Under the pieces are notes generated by a model that was not told the DNA's origin, searched no databases, and saw only the letters and a list, made by a program, of their open reading frames with translations. DNA of 10,240 nt from an uncultured Deinococcales bacterium (lineage in GTDB: Bacteria; Deinococcota; Deinococci; Deinococcales; JAAFIG01), in assembly GCA_964247135.1 (NCBI GenBank), contig CAXTTL010000119.1:4877-15116 (forward strand), read 5' to 3'. Each line of letters starts with the position of its first letter. The first letter of the stretch is position 1. Positions 8,176 through 10,240 of the stretch are shown piece after piece. A program made the position numbers and the translations under genes.

Positions 8176-8856
8176 TCATGGCGTTTTCCTTTGAATTTGA
8201 TACGGATAATTTGGTATCTCGAGCGTTTGATTTTGACTGCCTTCAATCACCAGATTCACAGCTTGAGACACGGCGAAAACACCCGTGCTGGGAAACCATT
8301 CTCGAGCATTTTGAACCAAAATCAGCAAACCGTGAGCGTCACCAACTGGTGCGAATGTGTCGCTCGAGGATTTGTACCTCTCGAGATTCAGATTCTCTTT
8401 GAACCATTTGACAAGCCCTGGCACGTTGTCACAAGCCAAACCAATTTCGGAAATGTTCAAAAAATTGGCGCTCGAGAATTCAGTTTGGCTGGTATTCTCG
8501 AGATCGTGTCTGGCGATGAGTTCAAGAATGTTTCCATGCGAATCAAAAAAATACACGGCATCCGAATTCCAATCTCCGCCACCAAAGACCAAATCGCCAT
8601 TCGTATCTGCAATCAATCCCACTCGAGCTTGAAGCCATTTTTTTGCCACCTCGAGTTGATTTTCTGGAATGTCGAACGCGAAGTGATAGCGCCCTGAAAA
8701 ACCAGTTTGCAAGGTAAATTTCAGACGACTCGAGCCAACTTGTACCATCAAAAAATCCTGAGTGAATTCGAGCACTGTTAGCCCTAGCAAATCAACATAA
8801 AACCGATGCTGAGCCTCGAGATTGCTTGTCAAAAGTTCTAACTCGAGAATATTCAT
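8176..8856 (-). CDS. VOC (glyoxalase/ring-cleaving dioxygenase) family protein with two VOC-like halves
   Basis: LEAQHRFYVDLLGL, YHFAFDIP, VYFFDSHGNILELIAR, ISEIGL and VGDAHGLLIL. SD AAGGA upstream, 10 nt after the QueA-like stop. Confidence 0.85.
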   Translation of the reverse strand: MNILELELLTSNLEAQHRFYVDLLGLTVLEFTQDFLMVQVGSSRLKFTLQTGFSGRYHFAFDIPENQLEVAKKWLQARVGLIADTNGDLVFGGGDWNSDAVYFFDSHGNILELIARHDLENTSQTEFSSANFLNISEIGLACDNVPGLVKWFKENLNLERYKSSSDTFAPVGDAHGLLILVQNAREWFPSTGVFAVSQAVNLVIEGSQNQTLEIPNYPYQIQRKTP

Positions 8857-8866
8857 GGGCGTCCTT

Positions 8867-9955
8867 TTACGGCAGTATCAAATGCAGATCGCCAAACTCG
8901 TGCCACAAATAGCCGTTCTCGAGCGCGGTAAGGTAGGCAAGCTCGAGGTGACGCTTGCCCGCGATTGCCTCGAGCATGGCGAGGTGCGTGGCTTTGGGTT
9001 CGTGCCAACCGGTTAACATGCCATTCACGGCGCGAACGCCGCGTTGGGGCGTGATGATGAGCCGCGTCCAACCCTCGCCAGGGTGTGTGATCGCCTGGCT
9101 ATCCGTGACCGTCTCGAGGGCGCGAACGACGGTTGTGCCGACGGCAATCACCCGTCGTCCGTCGGCTCGAGCCTGATTAACCGTGCGTGCCGTCTCGAGT
9201 GGCACGCGGTAGAATTCTTCAAATGGCGGTTCGTGATCCTCGAGCGAGGCGACGCCGGTGTGCAAAATCAGTGGCGCGATTTGCACACCCTTGGCGATCA
9301 GGCGCGTCAACAATTCTGGCGTGAACGCCCGTCCCGCGCTGGGCATTTCGGCGCTGCCATCTTCGGTGGCGTAAACGGTCTGGTAGTGCTCGAGCGACCA
9401 GTCGTGATTTACATAACCGTAACGAATCGGTTTGCCGTGACGGTGCAAGTACGCCATCAAAGTTTCTGGCAACTCGAGGCTGGCGACCCACAACCTCGAG
9501 CTTGCGGGGGTCGGCGCATTGGTTCTGTCCATCAGGTAGGGTGCAAGAATTTGTGCGCTAGCGCCACCTGGCAAGGTCAATGTCTCCCCCGCTCGAGCGT
9601 CACGAAAGGGAGTGGTCGCTCGAGTGCTCGGGGTGCGGAGTTCGATCACCCAAAGGTCGGCGGGCAGGTGCGTGGACAGGTGGAGCATCAACGGCGTGCC
9701 GTCTTGCCTGGTGGCACTCAGAGCCGCAGGCAGCGTGCCAGAGGTGTTGATGACCAGCACATCCCCAGCCTCGAGAAAATCTGGGAGCTTGCAAAACTGA
9801 GTGTGAACCAAACGGTCATCGTGCTTGCTCGAGATCAGCAAACGCACCTCATCACGCCGCAAGCCTCGAGCCTCCGGCGGTTCAAACGCCTCGAGTTCGG
9901 GCGGCAAGCTAAACTCGAGTGTTTCGAGATGAAAACTATTTGGCAATTGAAGCAT
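8867..9955 (-). CDS. QueA-family (SAM:tRNA ribosyltransferase-isomerase-like) protein, divergent paralog
   Basis: F.LPPEL, RD.VRLL, GDVLVINTS, YQTVYA, GSAEMPSAG, RVIAVGTTVVRALET and EFGD. The QueA fold is clear but several motifs are non-canonical, so the symbol is withheld. Confidence 0.85.
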   Translation of the reverse strand: MLQLPNSFHLETLEFSLPPELEAFEPPEARGLRRDEVRLLISSKHDDRLVHTQFCKLPDFLEAGDVLVINTSGTLPAALSATRQDGTPLMLHLSTHLPADLWVIELRTPSTRATTPFRDARAGETLTLPGGASAQILAPYLMDRTNAPTPASSRLWVASLELPETLMAYLHRHGKPIRYGYVNHDWSLEHYQTVYATEDGSAEMPSAGRAFTPELLTRLIAKGVQIAPLILHTGVASLEDHEPPFEEFYRVPLETARTVNQARADGRRVIAVGTTVVRALETVTDSQAITHPGEGWTRLIITPQRGVRAVNGMLTGWHEPKATHLAMLEAIAGKRHLELAYLTALENGYLWHEFGDLHLILP

Positions 9956-10240
9956 TCAGATCACCTCTGGCTTGATAGCGCCCACTGGGTAAATTTTGCT
10001 CGAGCAGGGTGAGTAATCCTGGAACACTTTCTTCTGGCGGTGGACGGTCCGAAATGTCCTCGCCAGGGAAAGCATCCTGGTGCATTTGGGTGTTCATGTC
10101 GCCAGGGTCAACGCTGTAAACGCGCAAGTTTGGGTGCTCGAGCGCCAGCACGTTGGTCAGTTGATCGAGGGCGGCTTTGCTCGAGCCGTACCCGCCCCAT
10201 CCCTCGTAAGCCTGGGTGCCCGCGTCGGAACTGACCAACG
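9936..10240 (-). CDS. SDR family oxidoreductase, 3' part only (5' end outside the window)
   Basis: VSSDAG, catalytic YGSSK and VDPGDMNTQM. Its end overlaps the QueA-like start by 20 nt. Confidence 0.88.
   Translation of the reverse strand, partial: LVSSDAGTQAYEGWGGYGSSKAALDQLTNVLALEHPNLRVYSVDPGDMNTQMHQDAFPGEDISDRPPPEESVPGLLTLLEQNLPSGRYQARGDLNASIAK

Larger units (their letters stand above)
128..10185. repeat. Dispersed highly iterated palindrome CTCGAG, about 100 copies
   Basis: Manual line-by-line count gave about 100, first at 128 and last at 10180. About 3 are expected from base composition. Confidence 0.97.

Noticed and set aside
9044-10012. 322-aa plus-strand ORF
   Set aside because: Antisense shadow of the QueA-like gene with no family signature.
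128-10185. CTCGAG sites as XhoI cloning or ligation artefacts, a CRISPR array, or a tandem repeat
   Set aside because: The sites sit inside intact conserved ORFs in all phases without breaking homology, spacing is irregular, and flanks are not shared.
128-10185. A longer consensus such as GCTCGAGC
   Set aside because: It occurs several times, but all four bases are seen on the flanks, so a strict 8-mer is not supported by eye. A sequence logo would settle it.

Overview
Gene-dense bacterial chromosomal segment of roughly 52-54% GC. Protein style and leaderless-type promoters suggest Deinococcota (inference). It contains 11 plausible CDSs: moaA(-), mqnC(-), a small secreted hypothetical(+), an SDR(-), acnA(+), an SDR(+), an NADPH-dependent FMN reductase(-), an ABM-like protein(-), a VOC/glyoxalase(-), a divergent QueA-family protein(-) and a partial SDR(-). 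I saw no mobile element, RNA gene or CRISPR array. The dominant unexplained signal is the palindromic hexamer CTCGAG: about 100 copies by manual count (about 1 per 100 bp, versus about 3 expected). It occurs in all three codon phases and in intergenic DNA and dictates synonymous codon choice, like a HIP1-type highly iterated palindrome with a different sequence. Secondary observations: an SDR-QueA paralog-VOC operon with non-canonical QueA motifs, a perfect 18-bp in-frame tandem duplication in the FMN reductase, -10 boxes directly before three start codons, and hairpins flanking acnA.
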